A stretch of DNA of 64,000 bases from Gemmatimonadota bacterium (GCA_963666735.1 OY762926.1:3264001-3328000), one strand, 5' to 3'; positions 31,936 to 41,999 are shown, counted from the stretch's first letter. Notes: generated by a model not told the origin, from the letters alone. Made by a program: numbers and translations.

Positions 31936-32331
31936 TCAGTCAGTGCCGCGCAACTCCACGGGTTGGCCGTGGGGGGTGTGGCGGTAGGCGTCCGCCCACG
32001 CCTCCTTGCGGTCCCCGAGGACCGCGGAGGAACTCAACCGGCGGTCCACGACGAGCCGCTCGAGGGCGGCGACCCAGTGGTGGTAGTACCGGGTCCCGTC
32101 GTCCGGTTCGCCGCGCGCCTCGGCCGCCGCGAGTTCGTCGGCGAGCGTCCCCGCCCACTCCTTCCAGGTGAAGTGGCCCTCCTCGGAAAGCCTGACCGCG
32201 AGCGCGAAGGCCTGCGCCTGCCACGGCGCCTCGAACACCGGACCGTCGTCGTCGGCGGGCAGCGGCGGGAGCGCCGCGAGACGTTCGGCGCCGACCCGTT
32301 CGGCACCGCCCCGTCCGGCGCCGGCCATCAC
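31936..32331 (-). CDS. Nitrile hydratase accessory/activator protein (P14K/NhlE-like)
   Basis: PVFEAPWQAQAFALAV.L...F.W.EW...YYHHW..ALE...W..AY..TPHGQPV. Confidence 0.9.
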   Translation of the reverse strand: MMAGAGRGGAERVGAERLAALPPLPADDDGPVFEAPWQAQAFALAVRLSEEGHFTWKEWAGTLADELAAAEARGEPDDGTRYYHHWVAALERLVVDRRLSSSAVLGDRKEAWADAYRHTPHGQPVELRGTD

Positions 32332-32981
32332 GCGGGCTCCAGGTAGTCTTCCCACAGGTCGACGTACACCGCGTCACGCGCGGCGGCCCGCTCGCCCCAC
32401 AGTTCCCGCCCCTCGAAGCGCACCGAGTACACGTGCTGCGGACGGTCGAGGGAGCGTCGTCCGTCCTCATCGGTATCCTGCAGCGCGTACACACCGTGGT
32501 CCTCGACCACCGTCCCCTGCCGGCCGCGGACATAGCGCGGCTGCCGGGTGTGGCCGCGCGGGTGGAGGTTGCGCGCGCGCACCCGGTCGTTCGTCCCGAA
32601 GCGGGCGAGCAGGTCCATGTCCAGGAGTCCGGCCCCCAGCGAACCGGTGTTCGACCCGGGGAGAAGCTCCGGCCGCGGCGCGCCGGGATCCGGGTATCCC
32701 GTCTCCAGCTCCGTCTCGGAGATGAGGCCGCTCACGAGCAGGCGGGTCGCCATCATCCGGAACCAGCGCTCGTAGTAGGACATGCTCAGGTACTCGACCG
32801 GCGGGATGCTCTCGAGCGTGAAGCGGAAGGGAGGCCATTCGCGACCTCGTCCCCACGGACCGACGGCTCTCGTCAGGGCGTAGACCCGGCCCTCCCAGCG
32901 GTGGTGGAAGACGGGTTCGTGCTCCTCGGGCTCGACCGGGCCGAAGCCGTCCATGCCGCCCATGTCGTGGATCGTGTTCAC
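32328..32981 (-). CDS. nthB: Nitrile hydratase subunit beta
   Basis: [49 protein letters not shown]. Confidence 0.93.
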   Translation of the reverse strand: MNTIHDMGGMDGFGPVEPEEHEPVFHHRWEGRVYALTRAVGPWGRGREWPPFRFTLESIPPVEYLSMSYYERWFRMMATRLLVSGLISETELETGYPDPGAPRPELLPGSNTGSLGAGLLDMDLLARFGTNDRVRARNLHPRGHTRQPRYVRGRQGTVVEDHGVYALQDTDEDGRRSLDRPQHVYSVRFEGRELWGERAAARDAVYVDLWEDYLEPA

Positions 32982-33745
32982 GCGTCGCCTCCCGGGCTGC
33001 CCACCGTGGGCATCTCGACCCGGGCCACGCCGATCATCGAGTCCCGGCTGACGATGTCCGCCAGTTCCTCCTCGGTGAGATCCTCGGCGCCGGCGGGCCG
33101 CTCCGGGAGCACGAGATAACGGATCTCCGCGGTGCTGTCCCAGACGCGGATCTCGACATCCTCCGGCAGATCGAGGCCGAACTCGCTCAGCACGGCGCGC
33201 GGTTCGATGACCGCCCGCGCCCGGTACGCGGAGGACTTGTACCAGACCGGTGGCAGGCCCAGCGTCGGCCACGGATAGCAGGAACAGAGGGTGCACACGA
33301 CCAGGTTGTGCACCCGGGGCGTGTTCTCGACCACCTTCATGTGTTCGCCCTGTCCGCCCAGGTAGCCGAGTTCGCCGATCGCGGCGGTCCCATCCGTCAG
33401 GAGGCGCTCCCGGTAGGCGGGATCCACCCAGGCGCGCGCGACGACCTCGGCTCCGTTCCGGGGACCGACCCGGTTTTCGTAGGTGTCGACGATCCCGTCC
33501 AGCGCCGCCGAGTCCACCATCCCCTTCTCCACGAGGACGGACTCCAGCGCCCGCACCCGGAGGGCGATGTCCGGCGGCACGTCCTGGTGGTCGTGATCGT
33601 GGTCGTGGCCGTGCTCGTGAGTGTGGTCGTGAGGCTCGATCTGGTCCGCCATCAGCTTCCCCGGAGCGGCGAATGCGGCCGCACCCACTGCCGCGTCCCT
33701 GATGAACCCGCGCCGGTCGACCGGCCGCTCTTCCGATTCGTCCAT
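32978..33745 (-). CDS. nthA: Cobalt-type nitrile hydratase subunit alpha with Tat-like leader and His-rich tract
   Basis: VCTLCSCY (Co-type), [18 protein letters not shown]-terminus DRRGFIR...[15 protein letters not shown]. Confidence 0.94.
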   Translation of the reverse strand: MDESEERPVDRRGFIRDAAVGAAAFAAPGKLMADQIEPHDHTHEHGHDHDHDHQDVPPDIALRVRALESVLVEKGMVDSAALDGIVDTYENRVGPRNGAEVVARAWVDPAYRERLLTDGTAAIGELGYLGGQGEHMKVVENTPRVHNLVVCTLCSCYPWPTLGLPPVWYKSSAYRARAVIEPRAVLSEFGLDLPEDVEIRVWDSTAEIRYLVLPERPAGAEDLTEEELADIVSRDSMIGVARVEMPTVGSPGGDA

Positions 33746-33850
33746 GGGCTCCCCATTGCACGGTGAGGCACGGTTGTCAGCGTTCATGGTGACCACGCGC
33801 CGCTGGACCACGCAACCGGCCCGCTACAGCGAGGCTGGCGGAACAGGCCG

Positions 33851-35107
33851 TCACACCGCTGTCCCCGCCCACAGCGCCCCGATGGGCACGGCGAACAGCC
33901 GGTCCCCGAAAGCGGTGGAGTGGTCGCCATCGTACAGTAGAATGCCCGCCCCGAAGCGGTCGCCGGCGACAGTTTGAAACCGTCTCAAGGCGTGGAAATC
34001 CCCGGCCGTCAATCCCGCCGCCGCCTTGACCTCGATGGCGAAGCATCGACCGGACAGCGTCTCCAGGACGATGTCCACCTCCACCTTGTCCTTGTCTCGG
34101 TAGTGATGGAAAGTCAGCGGTTCGTCCGCCCACAGCGCCTGCTTCCGCAGCTCGTTGTATACGAAGGACTCCAGTAAAGCCCCGAGTTCGCCGGGGCGCT
34201 TCAGCAGCATGTGCTGGTTGATCCCGCGCAGGGCGCATATCATGCCCGTGTCGGCGGCGTGCAGCTTCGGGGCCTTGACGAGCCGTTTGAACTCGCTCGC
34301 GTGCCACGCCGGCAGCCGCTCCACGACGAAGAGCTGCTCCAGGAGAGCAAGGTATCTGCCGGCGGTGAGGCGGTTCAGGCCCAGCCTGCCCCCGAGGTCG
34401 GCGAGATTGACGAGCCGTCCGGAGTAGAGTGCGGTCAGCTTGAGCAGCTTCGTCATCGCGTCCAGGTGCTCGACGCGAGCAAGTTCACGCAGGTCCCGCT
34501 GGACGAGAGTACCGATGTACTGCTCGTGCCACGCACGGGCCCGCCGCTCGCTCGTTCGCGTCAGAGGCTCGGGGAACCCGCCCGCCACGATCCGCCTCAC
34601 CAGGTGGTCCCTTACGCGCACCTCGGTGGCCTCCGGCATTTCAAGCCGCAACATTCTTCCGATGAAGGAGGGTTCCCGCGCGGCGATCTCGCACTCGGAC
34701 AGAGTCGCCAGCCGAACTGCCTCCATTCGTCCGACCAGAGCATCTGCGAGTTTGGGGAGCAGCATGGCGTTGGCGGAGCCGGTAAGCAGGAAGCGGCCGG
34801 GCGTGCGGTCCTCGTCCACCGCCTGCTTGATGGCCAGCAGCGTGTCGGGAACGCGCTGCACTTCGTCGAGCGCGATCCGCTTCGCAGGCAGGTTGCGTAT
34901 GAAGCCCACGGGATCTGCCCGGGCGATCTCCAACTGCGCGCGGTCGTCGAACGTGATGTATTCCCAGGTCTCGTCGATCAGAGTTCGAACCAGCGTCGTC
35001 TTCCCGGCTTGCCGTGCGCCCATGAGGAAGACGACCGGGGTGTCGGAGAGGGCCTCTTTGACGAAGCGGGCGGCAAGACGTCGATACATGGGGCTGGACC
35101 GTTGCAT
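33851..35107 (-). CDS. AAA_14 + DUF4143 ATP-binding protein
   Basis: GARQAGKT, LDEVQR, FLLTGSA, GGFPE, PKLH..DTG, EVDIV...AIEVK (PD-(D/E)xK-like C-terminus). Confidence 0.92.
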   Translation of the reverse strand: MQRSSPMYRRLAARFVKEALSDTPVVFLMGARQAGKTTLVRTLIDETWEYITFDDRAQLEIARADPVGFIRNLPAKRIALDEVQRVPDTLLAIKQAVDEDRTPGRFLLTGSANAMLLPKLADALVGRMEAVRLATLSECEIAAREPSFIGRMLRLEMPEATEVRVRDHLVRRIVAGGFPEPLTRTSERRARAWHEQYIGTLVQRDLRELARVEHLDAMTKLLKLTALYSGRLVNLADLGGRLGLNRLTAGRYLALLEQLFVVERLPAWHASEFKRLVKAPKLHAADTGMICALRGINQHMLLKRPGELGALLESFVYNELRKQALWADEPLTFHHYRDKDKVEVDIVLETLSGRCFAIEVKAAAGLTAGDFHALRRFQTVAGDRFGAGILLYDGDHSTAFGDRLFAVPIGALWAGTAV

Positions 35108-35194
35108 GTTGCCGGATCTCGGACGCGTGGCCGGGGGTGGTTCGGAAACCGGACTCGGAACCCATCGTAACGGCCCGGGGCTACCTTGGAAACC

Positions 35195-35261
35195 GCGTCT
35201 GATCGTTATTCGAGTGGCGTCTGATCGTTATTGAGGCCTCGGCCAATCGTTATACGAGTGG
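35195..35261. repeat. Three 22-bp-period imperfect direct repeats (core ATCGTTAT)
   Basis: ATCGTTAT at 35202, 35224 and 35246. GCGTCTGATCGTTATT exact at 35195 and 35217. Confidence 0.85.
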
Positions 35262-35303
35262 TAGGGATTGCGCCATCCGGGTCCTCGTACGCACCCTTCG
35301 CGC

Positions 35304-35813
35304 ATGACTGTCTCCTACGAGAACTCGAAGGCCATCTTCGACGGGATCAAGGCCGCCGGCATCCGCAGCATCTCGGCGCTCCCGGAAACCTGGCTCGGTC
35401 TCCTCCTGCAACGGGCCGAGGACGATCCCGAGGTCGATCTCATCCAGGTCGCCAAGGAGGAGGAGGCAGTGGGCATCGCGGCCGGCGCATACTTCGCGGG
35501 CGAACCCCACGTCCTCCTCATGCAGAACCACGGCTTCTTCGCGGCGATGAACGGAATCATCTCTCTCGCCCAACTCTATTCCGTGCCGCTCTGCATGCTC
35601 ATCGCGGTTCGGGGTCACTGGGGCGAGCCGTATCCGTGGCACACTCGTGGCGGAATCGTGACGGAGGGTTTGCTTCAGGCGCTCAACATCCCCTACCACC
35701 ACGCGAGAGACCCGGCGCTCGTCGCGAAGGAAATCGCCGAGGCGTACACGCTTTCGCAGAGTTCGCTCTCGCCGGTCGCACTGCTGCTCACGCGCGACCT
35801 CATGGAAGTGTGA
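35304..35813 (+). CDS. TPP-dependent decarboxylase alpha subunit (sulfopyruvate/phosphonopyruvate decarboxylase-like)
   Basis: LPET.L, KEEEAVGIAAGA, LMQNHG (PYR domain). Confidence 0.85.
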   Translation: MTVSYENSKAIFDGIKAAGIRSISALPETWLGLLLQRAEDDPEVDLIQVAKEEEAVGIAAGAYFAGEPHVLLMQNHGFFAAMNGIISLAQLYSVPLCMLIAVRGHWGEPYPWHTRGGIVTEGLLQALNIPYHHARDPALVAKEIAEAYTLSQSSLSPVALLLTRDLMEV

Positions 35814-35850
35814 TGCGCGACGACGACCCGAGGCGGGGGAAGGGGGTCTG

Positions 35851-36471
35851 ATGCGGCGGGCGGACTGCCTGCAACTCATCTATCCCGAGATCGAGGACAA
35901 GCTCGTCGTCACGATCATGGGGGCCTGCGCCCAGGAGCTGCACGACCTCGGGCACCGCGAGAACTTCTTCTACCTGCAGCACGCGATGGGACTCGCCTCG
36001 TCGATCGGTCTCGGCCTCGCGAACCATCTGCCGCACGAGAAGGTGATCGTGCTGGACGGAGACGGGTCGGCGCTGATGAACCTCGGCACCTTCGCCACGC
36101 TCGCGCGCTACCGGCCCCGGAACCTCCTCCACATCATCTTCGACAACGGGAGCCTGCTCTCGACGGGAGGTTTCGAGTCGCACACCACGTCGGGCGTCAC
36201 GGATCTTGCCGCGATCGCGCGCGGGGCGGGGATCGAGCACGCGGTGGCCGTGGATTCGTCGATGGGGTTCGGGGAGGCTTTCGTCGAAGCGCTGGAGCGC
36301 GACAACCTCGGCGTGATCGTGGCCCGGGTCGACGCCGTGGGTCCCGACCACTACGGGATGGACTTCGCCCTGCCCGAAAACGCCTTCCGCTTCAAGCGCT
36401 GCGTGCGGGAGCGCCGCGCCGCGATGGGCTGGACGCCGCCGCGGCAGCCGGGACACGCCAGCAGCGCCTAG
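35851..36471 (+). CDS. TPP-dependent decarboxylase beta subunit (ComE-like)
   Basis: MGLASSIGLG, DGDGSALMNLG...FDNG TPP-binding motif. Confidence 0.87.
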   Translation: MRRADCLQLIYPEIEDKLVVTIMGACAQELHDLGHRENFFYLQHAMGLASSIGLGLANHLPHEKVIVLDGDGSALMNLGTFATLARYRPRNLLHIIFDNGSLLSTGGFESHTTSGVTDLAAIARGAGIEHAVAVDSSMGFGEAFVEALERDNLGVIVARVDAVGPDHYGMDFALPENAFRFKRCVRERRAAMGWTPPRQPGHASSA

Positions 36472-37916
36472 CGCGCTTCTGCGGCCACCCGCGCCACCAC
36501 CTCCCGCACCCGGTCGCGGAAGGTGTACGCCTGTTTCATGACCTCCGCTTCGTCGACCGTGAGTACTCGGCCGTCCCGGACGACGACGCGCCCGTTCACG
36601 AGGACCGTGGAGACATCGCTCCCCCCCGCCGCGTACACGAGGTGAGAATAGACGTTGTAGAGCGGCGTGAGCCCGGCGCGCCGCGTGTCGAGGAGCACGA
36701 TGTCGGCGCGCTTGCCGGGCTCGAGCGAACCGATGCGGTCGTGGAGGTTGAGCACGCGGGCGCCGCCCATCGTGGCCATGCGGAAGACCGTTTCGGCGGG
36801 CATTGCGGTCGGGTCGGCGTTCGTGAACTTGTGGAGCTTGGCGGCCGTGTCCATCTCGTCGAAGAGATCGAGATCGTTGTTGCTCGCCGCGCCGTCGGTG
36901 CCGAGTCCCACCGGGATGCCCGCCGCGAGCAGTTTCGCGACCGGGGCTGCCAGCGGAATCCCCAGCTTGAGGTTGCTCTGCGGGTTGTGCGAGACCCCGG
37001 CGCCCCCGGCCGCGATGCGTTCAATGTCCTCGTCCGAGAGGTAGATGGAGTGTGCGAGCACCGTCCCCGGCCGCAGCGCGCCGATGGACTCTAGCGCTTC
37101 CACCACGCCCATCCCGGTGAGTTCCGTCGCCGTTGCGAGTTCGCTGGCGTCTTCGGCCGTGTGGATCTGAAACGGAGCGTCGTACTCGAAAGCCAGTTCC
37201 AGCGCGGCGCGCACGTCTTCGAGGGGCGTCGTGTAGAGCGAGTGTGCGGCCGCTCCGGGGACCAGCGTGGGGTGGTCTCGATACCTCTCCATGAACTCGG
37301 CGGCGTCCGCCAGCGTTTCGGCCGGTGAGGCGAAGTCGGGGGCCGGGAAGCCGATGACGTGCGGGCCCATGACGGCGCGGATGCCTGCATCGATGACCGC
37401 CCGCGCCGCATCGTCCCGGAAGTAGTACATGTCCGCGAACGTCGTCGTCCCGCTCTTCAGCATCTCGGAGGACGAGAGGAGCGTGCCCCAATAGACGAAT
37501 TCGGGATCGACCAGTTCGGCCTCGGCGGGGAAGATGTGCTCGTTCAGCCACGTCATCAGGGGCAGGTCGTCGGCGAGTCCCCGGAGGAGCGACATGGCGG
37601 CGTGGCCGTGCGTGTTGACGAGACCGGGGATCACGAGGTGCCCCGTCGCGTCGAGAATTGGCACGCCGGCCGGCCGGGGGGTGGCCGCCTCCAGGACCGC
37701 GGAGATCCGGTCCCCCACCACAAGAACCGCGCCGCCCTCGAGCACGGTGCCCGCCTCGTCCATGACGACGACCGTACCGCCATCGATCAGGAGCCGGCCC
37801 TCCTCGGCGGTTGCGTCGCCCGCGTCGGAACCGGCGGAGCACGCTGACAGGAGCAGGCCGGCGAGGAGGCGCCCTGCGCCGGTTCGCGCCGCGGTCTTCG
37901 GCAAAGCGTCCCGCAA
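36468..37916 (-). CDS. MTA/SAH deaminase-family amidohydrolase lipoprotein
   Basis: PGLVNTHGH, SGTTTFADMY, HSLYT, HTAE, HNPQSN.KL, GLGTDG.ASNN. Lipobox LSAC. Confidence 0.9.
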   Translation of the reverse strand: MRDALPKTAARTGAGRLLAGLLLSACSAGSDAGDATAEEGRLLIDGGTVVVMDEAGTVLEGGAVLVVGDRISAVLEAATPRPAGVPILDATGHLVIPGLVNTHGHAAMSLLRGLADDLPLMTWLNEHIFPAEAELVDPEFVYWGTLLSSSEMLKSGTTTFADMYYFRDDAARAVIDAGIRAVMGPHVIGFPAPDFASPAETLADAAEFMERYRDHPTLVPGAAAHSLYTTPLEDVRAALELAFEYDAPFQIHTAEDASELATATELTGMGVVEALESIGALRPGTVLAHSIYLSDEDIERIAAGGAGVSHNPQSNLKLGIPLAAPVAKLLAAGIPVGLGTDGAASNNDLDLFDEMDTAAKLHKFTNADPTAMPAETVFRMATMGGARVLNLHDRIGSLEPGKRADIVLLDTRRAGLTPLYNVYSHLVYAAGGSDVSTVLVNGRVVVRDGRVLTVDEAEVMKQAYTFRDRVREVVARVAAEAR

Positions 37917-37919
37917 AGG

Positions 37920-38585
37920 CTAACCGTCCCGGGGCTGCGGGACGATCCGAATGTAGGGTAGGGGCTGCTCCCATCCGTCCGGGAACCGCTTGCGCGCTTC
38001 GTCGTCGGAGACCGCCGGCGCGATGATCACGTCGTCGCCCTGCTCCCAGTTCGCCGGCGTGGCGAGCTGCTTCTCGGCCGTGAGCTGGCACGAGTCCAGG
38101 AGCCGGAGGATCTCGGTGAAGTTGCGGCCCGTGCTCATCGGATAGGTGAGCGTGGCCTTGATCTTCTTGTCCGGGCCGATGACGAACACCGAGCGCGCCG
38201 TGGCGTTGTCCATCGGCGTGCGGCCCTCGGAGGTGTCGCCCGAGTCGGCCGGCAGCATGTCGTACGTCTTCACGATCTCGAGCTTCGGGTCGCCGATGAG
38301 GGGATAGCCCACGGCGTGTCCCTGCGAGGCCTCGATGTCCTTCGACCAGGCCTTGTGATCGCTCACGCCGTCGACGCTGACCCCGATGATCTTGCAGTTG
38401 CGCGCCGCGAATGCCTCCTCAAGGGCGGCCACCGCCCCGAGTTCCGTCGTACACACGGGCGTGAAGTCCTTCGGATGGGAGAAGAGCAGGGCCCACCCGT
38501 CCCCGATCCAGTCGTGGAAGCGGATCGTCCCCTGGGTCGTATCCGCCGTGAAATCCGGCGCCGCGTCGTTGATGCGCAGCGTCAT
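37920..38585 (-). CDS. 1-Cys peroxiredoxin (Prx6)
   Basis: FSHPKDFTPVCTTEL, YPMSTGRNF.EILR, ATPANW. Confidence 0.95.
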   Translation of the reverse strand: MTLRINDAAPDFTADTTQGTIRFHDWIGDGWALLFSHPKDFTPVCTTELGAVAALEEAFAARNCKIIGVSVDGVSDHKAWSKDIEASQGHAVGYPLIGDPKLEIVKTYDMLPADSGDTSEGRTPMDNATARSVFVIGPDKKIKATLTYPMSTGRNFTEILRLLDSCQLTAEKQLATPANWEQGDDVIIAPAVSDDEARKRFPDGWEQPLPYIRIVPQPRDG

Positions 38586-38646
38586 TCGTTCCCCCGGAGT
38601 TGAGCCGTCACCGTCGCAGTCGGGGGGCAATGATCGGCACTTGAGG

Positions 38647-39405
38647 CTACGGGGACAACGCCGGGAGCAGCGTGTGGCGAACCCAGGCATACGACGGCTC
38701 GATTTCCAAGGCCCGTTCGTATGCGGCGCGAGCATCTTCCAGCCTGTCCAACTCGGCGTACGCCTGCCCCAGCCAGGCGTAGACCTCGGCGCGACCCCAC
38801 GCGGGAAGCGGAGGCTCCGGCGCGTCCTCCTCGAACAGCGCGGTCGCGGCGAGAAAGCTCTCGAGCGCGATATCCGCGCCACCCCCGAACATGGACGGCG
38901 TGTGCAGGGCCTGGATCCCCTCCAGCATTCTGACTCGAGGGTTGCGGGGGTCCATCGACACGGCCCGGCGCAACTCCGCCGACGCGCGCATCGAGAGATT
39001 CATGGCGGTTTCGCCGCTGACGATCTGTGGGCCGAGCACCGCGCTCATGAGCGCATGCGATTCGGGGATCGGTGCGATATCGATCGAGTGAAGGAGGACC
39101 GATTCGGCCTCGGCAAATGTGGCGAGCGCCCCATCCGGATCCGTATCGAGACGGCGCGTGGCCAGGCGGTAGAGCGCGTAGCCGAGATAGTGCTGGACGA
39201 GTCCGTTTTCGGGAAAAGCGGTTGCCGCCCGCCGGGCCAGCGTGACCATCTCGGCAAGGCCCTCATCATCGTCGGCGATCACCGCCTCCGCGATGCCCGT
39301 TCGAAGGCGCGCCGCCACTTCGCCGGGGTCCGGAGCCTGGGAAGCGGAGCCGGGGGCCGGCGCGAGCAGCAGGGCCACGCACGCCAATACGCGGGGCCGG
39401 GTCAT
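38647..39405 (-). CDS. Secreted TPR protein
   Basis: Signal peptide; DPRNPR...TPSMFGGG...PAWG..E.YAWLG...ARAAYERAL. Start uncertain (39405-39453). Confidence 0.8.
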   Translation of the reverse strand: MTRPRVLACVALLLAPAPGSASQAPDPGEVAARLRTGIAEAVIADDDEGLAEMVTLARRAATAFPENGLVQHYLGYALYRLATRRLDTDPDGALATFAEAESVLLHSIDIAPIPESHALMSAVLGPQIVSGETAMNLSMRASAELRRAVSMDPRNPRVRMLEGIQALHTPSMFGGGADIALESFLAATALFEEDAPEPPLPAWGRAEVYAWLGQAYAELDRLEDARAAYERALEIEPSYAWVRHTLLPALSP

Positions 39406-39460
39406 CGCGTTCGTCCGCCAACCCATGCGATTCTCTCTCCCTTCCCGCTCCAAGAAGACC

Positions 39461-41665
39461 TCAGAGGGGCAGTGTGGCCGTCACGCCGAAGTAGATCGTT
39501 CGATTGAACGGGCTTCGCAGCGGCGTGCGGCCGGTGTAGTCGCGGTTGTGCCGATACTCGGAGACGTTCCGGCGGCCGAAGACGTTCATCGCGGAGACGT
39601 AGAAGACCGTCAGATTGTCACGCCAGAGGCTCTGGAGAAGGCTCGCGGAAAGGTCGAACCGCGCATAGTTGGGAAGCCGCTCCGACATCGGCGCGCCGTA
39701 CGCCGGCTCCCACACCCCGCGGCCCGGGTCGAAAGCCGCCCTCTCGATGGGTGTGAGGGGAATCCCCGTCGCGGCTCGCCAGGCGGCGCCGACCTCGAGC
39801 CATTCGGTGAGCCCCCGCGTGAGGACGATATTCAACGTATGCGTCGCATCGAAGGGCGACGGGGCCAGTTCGCCGCTGTCCGGGTCCGTGCGCTCGGAGT
39901 CGATGAAGCTGTACGCGACCCGTCCCGTGAGCCCGAGAAACGGCACATCTCCCTTGAGAAAGACATCGAATCCCGCCGCCTCCCCGGTTCCGCCTCCGCG
40001 GGCGACGTGGTCCCGGGTCTGTGACGCCAACGACCCGTAGCGTTTTCGATATGCCTCTACACGAACGAGGCGCTCGCCATCATCGTACGCGATGCCCCCG
40101 ATCAGGTGACGCGCCGACATGGCGGGCAGGCTGGGGTCGCCCAGCGTGGGCTCGAAAAAGAGAGGATCCGGAACCTGATGAAACACACCCCATGCCCCGG
40201 TCAGCGTGAGATTGGCGGCCGGGCGCCAGGACACCGACACCCGCGGGTCTGCCGTCACGCGGTCCGTAAACGAGGAACGGTCCGCGCGCACGCCCAGCAC
40301 GAACCGAAGTGCGTTCCACGGCTGCATCTCGATATCCCCGAAGCCGCCCCATCGCCATCCTGTCTGGAGGCTGCCGAAGATGGTTGTTGGCGCGCCGGGC
40401 GCGTTGTCGTGCGAACCCGCCGGCACCGAACCGGCAATGTCCGCGCTTCGGTCCTCGACTTCGACCCCGCCGGCCAGCGCGATTCCGCGACCCACGCGGA
40501 CATCGATCTTCGCGCGTGACTGCGTGAGCCTGTCCTCACGTTCGAGGCGGAATGCTCCGAAATCCTCATCCTTCCGCGACCCGCTGGTTGCCACGCTCCA
40601 CGCCACGCCGAGCGCCCCGAACGCGTCGAAGCCGGAGACGGCAAGAAGATCCGCTCGCGCGTCCGACCGGTACGTGCCCGAGTGTCCCGGGTCGTCGATC
40701 AGGACGCCGACGCGATCGGTCTGATACAGCCCGAAGGCCTTTACGTTGCCGCCGCCGCGGTAGGACCATTCCGCGGCCCCGCTCAGGTCGGTTGATTCGG
40801 GGACCCGATCGAACTCCGATCTGCGCCCATTGAGACGCATGAGAAAGTCGGTGTCCGAGCGTGACGCCGTCACCCAGCCACCCATCGACTCCGACGCGTC
40901 GAGGGCCATCCGTCCCGATACCCCGGCCACGGAAGCGCCCAGGTTGAGTTCGCTGCGAGTCGGCTTCCCTGCGCTGCGGAGGTCGGCCACGGCAGAGAGA
41001 GCGTCACCGTATTCCACGCCGAAGCCCCCGGCCGAGAAATGCGTACCCTGCAGTTGAAAGGGGTCGAAGCGTCCGAACGAGATCGTCCGGTCGGTATCGA
41101 GCCGGAATGGTGAGATGACCGTCGCTCCGTCGAGCATCACCCTGGTCTCGGATATGTCGCCCCCGCGCACGAAGAGCCCGGCCCCCTCTCCAATGTTCTG
41201 GAGTCCCGGGAACGTCTGGATCGCCCGGAAGGGATCCGCCGCCGCACCCGGCGTGCGTACGACATCGAGATCGCCGAGAATGACGCCGGGGAGGCTGCCC
41301 AACCGGTATGTGCCGGCTTCGACCCGGATCGGCTCCAGCGCAACCGGCGCCAGCTCCATGACGATCGGAACGGGAAGCGCGAGTGGGAGTTGTATGGCCT
41401 GTCTGGTCTCCAGATACCCGAAACGCTGCACGACCAGCGTCACCGGACCCCTGGCGACGGATTCGAAGCTGAAAATGCCCGCGGAATCCGTAAGCGCCCC
41501 CTCCAGCGTCTCGAGCAGGAACACATTCGCCCCGCCAACCGCCTTCCCCGCCGGTTCGCGTACACTTCCCGGCACACGGGACGCCTCCTGCCCGGCGAGG
41601 CTGGCCGGTACGAGGGCGAAGACCCAGATCCAGACCGTGGGGATGGCCGCCCCCGTTGCTTTCAC
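39461..41665 (-). CDS. TonB-dependent receptor with N-terminal carboxypeptidase-regulatory-like domain
   Basis: GANV...GALTDSAG.F, PGAAADP.RAIQ.FPG...LFVRGG, GGFG.EYG.ALS, C-terminal RLP.Y.RFD...N.F...YFGV. Confidence 0.9.
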   Translation of the reverse strand: MKATGAAIPTVWIWVFALVPASLAGQEASRVPGSVREPAGKAVGGANVFLLETLEGALTDSAGIFSFESVARGPVTLVVQRFGYLETRQAIQLPLALPVPIVMELAPVALEPIRVEAGTYRLGSLPGVILGDLDVVRTPGAAADPFRAIQTFPGLQNIGEGAGLFVRGGDISETRVMLDGATVISPFRLDTDRTISFGRFDPFQLQGTHFSAGGFGVEYGDALSAVADLRSAGKPTRSELNLGASVAGVSGRMALDASESMGGWVTASRSDTDFLMRLNGRRSEFDRVPESTDLSGAAEWSYRGGGNVKAFGLYQTDRVGVLIDDPGHSGTYRSDARADLLAVSGFDAFGALGVAWSVATSGSRKDEDFGAFRLEREDRLTQSRAKIDVRVGRGIALAGGVEVEDRSADIAGSVPAGSHDNAPGAPTTIFGSLQTGWRWGGFGDIEMQPWNALRFVLGVRADRSSFTDRVTADPRVSVSWRPAANLTLTGAWGVFHQVPDPLFFEPTLGDPSLPAMSARHLIGGIAYDDGERLVRVEAYRKRYGSLASQTRDHVARGGGTGEAAGFDVFLKGDVPFLGLTGRVAYSFIDSERTDPDSGELAPSPFDATHTLNIVLTRGLTEWLEVGAAWRAATGIPLTPIERAAFDPGRGVWEPAYGAPMSERLPNYARFDLSASLLQSLWRDNLTVFYVSAMNVFGRRNVSEYRHNRDYTGRTPLRSPFNRTIYFGVTATLPL

Positions 41666-41669
41666 GGTT

Positions 41670-41999
41670 TCAGCCCGCCTCGCGATGGTCCGCGTCCACC
41701 GGCAGCGAATGCAGTAACCATTCCAGACGGCTGACGTAGTCCCGGAAGGCTCCGCGCCCCAGCCCGGTTGTTTGGTATCTCGTGATGGGTCTCCGGCCGA
41801 CAAAGCTCTTGCTTACGCGCACGTACCCCGCGTCCTCGAGCTTGCGAAGATGCGCCCCAAGGTTGCCATCGGTGGTCTTGACCTGGTCCCGGAGGTACGT
41901 GAACTCCGCGTCCTCGACACTGGCAAGGATGGCGAGGATCGAAAGCCGGATCCTCGAGTGAATCAACGGATCGAGATCGCGATAGTCATACGGCGTCAT
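41670..41999 (-). CDS. Winged-helix transcriptional regulator (ArsR/MarR-like, HTH_34)
   Basis: LDPLIHSRIRLSIL..L...AEFTYL...TDGNLGAHLRKLE.AGY. Confidence 0.9.
   Translation of the reverse strand: MTPYDYRDLDPLIHSRIRLSILAILASVEDAEFTYLRDQVKTTDGNLGAHLRKLEDAGYVRVSKSFVGRRPITRYQTTGLGRGAFRDYVSRLEWLLHSLPVDADHREAG

Noticed and set aside
32982..33761. Apparent long N-terminal extension or fusion of NHase beta
   Set aside because: Alternative frame of the alpha gene; beta begins at GTG 32981 (NTIHDMGG).
35195..35261. Possible mini-CRISPR array
   Set aside because: A 22-bp period is too short for repeat+spacer, and no cas genes are present. Kept as operator-like repeats.
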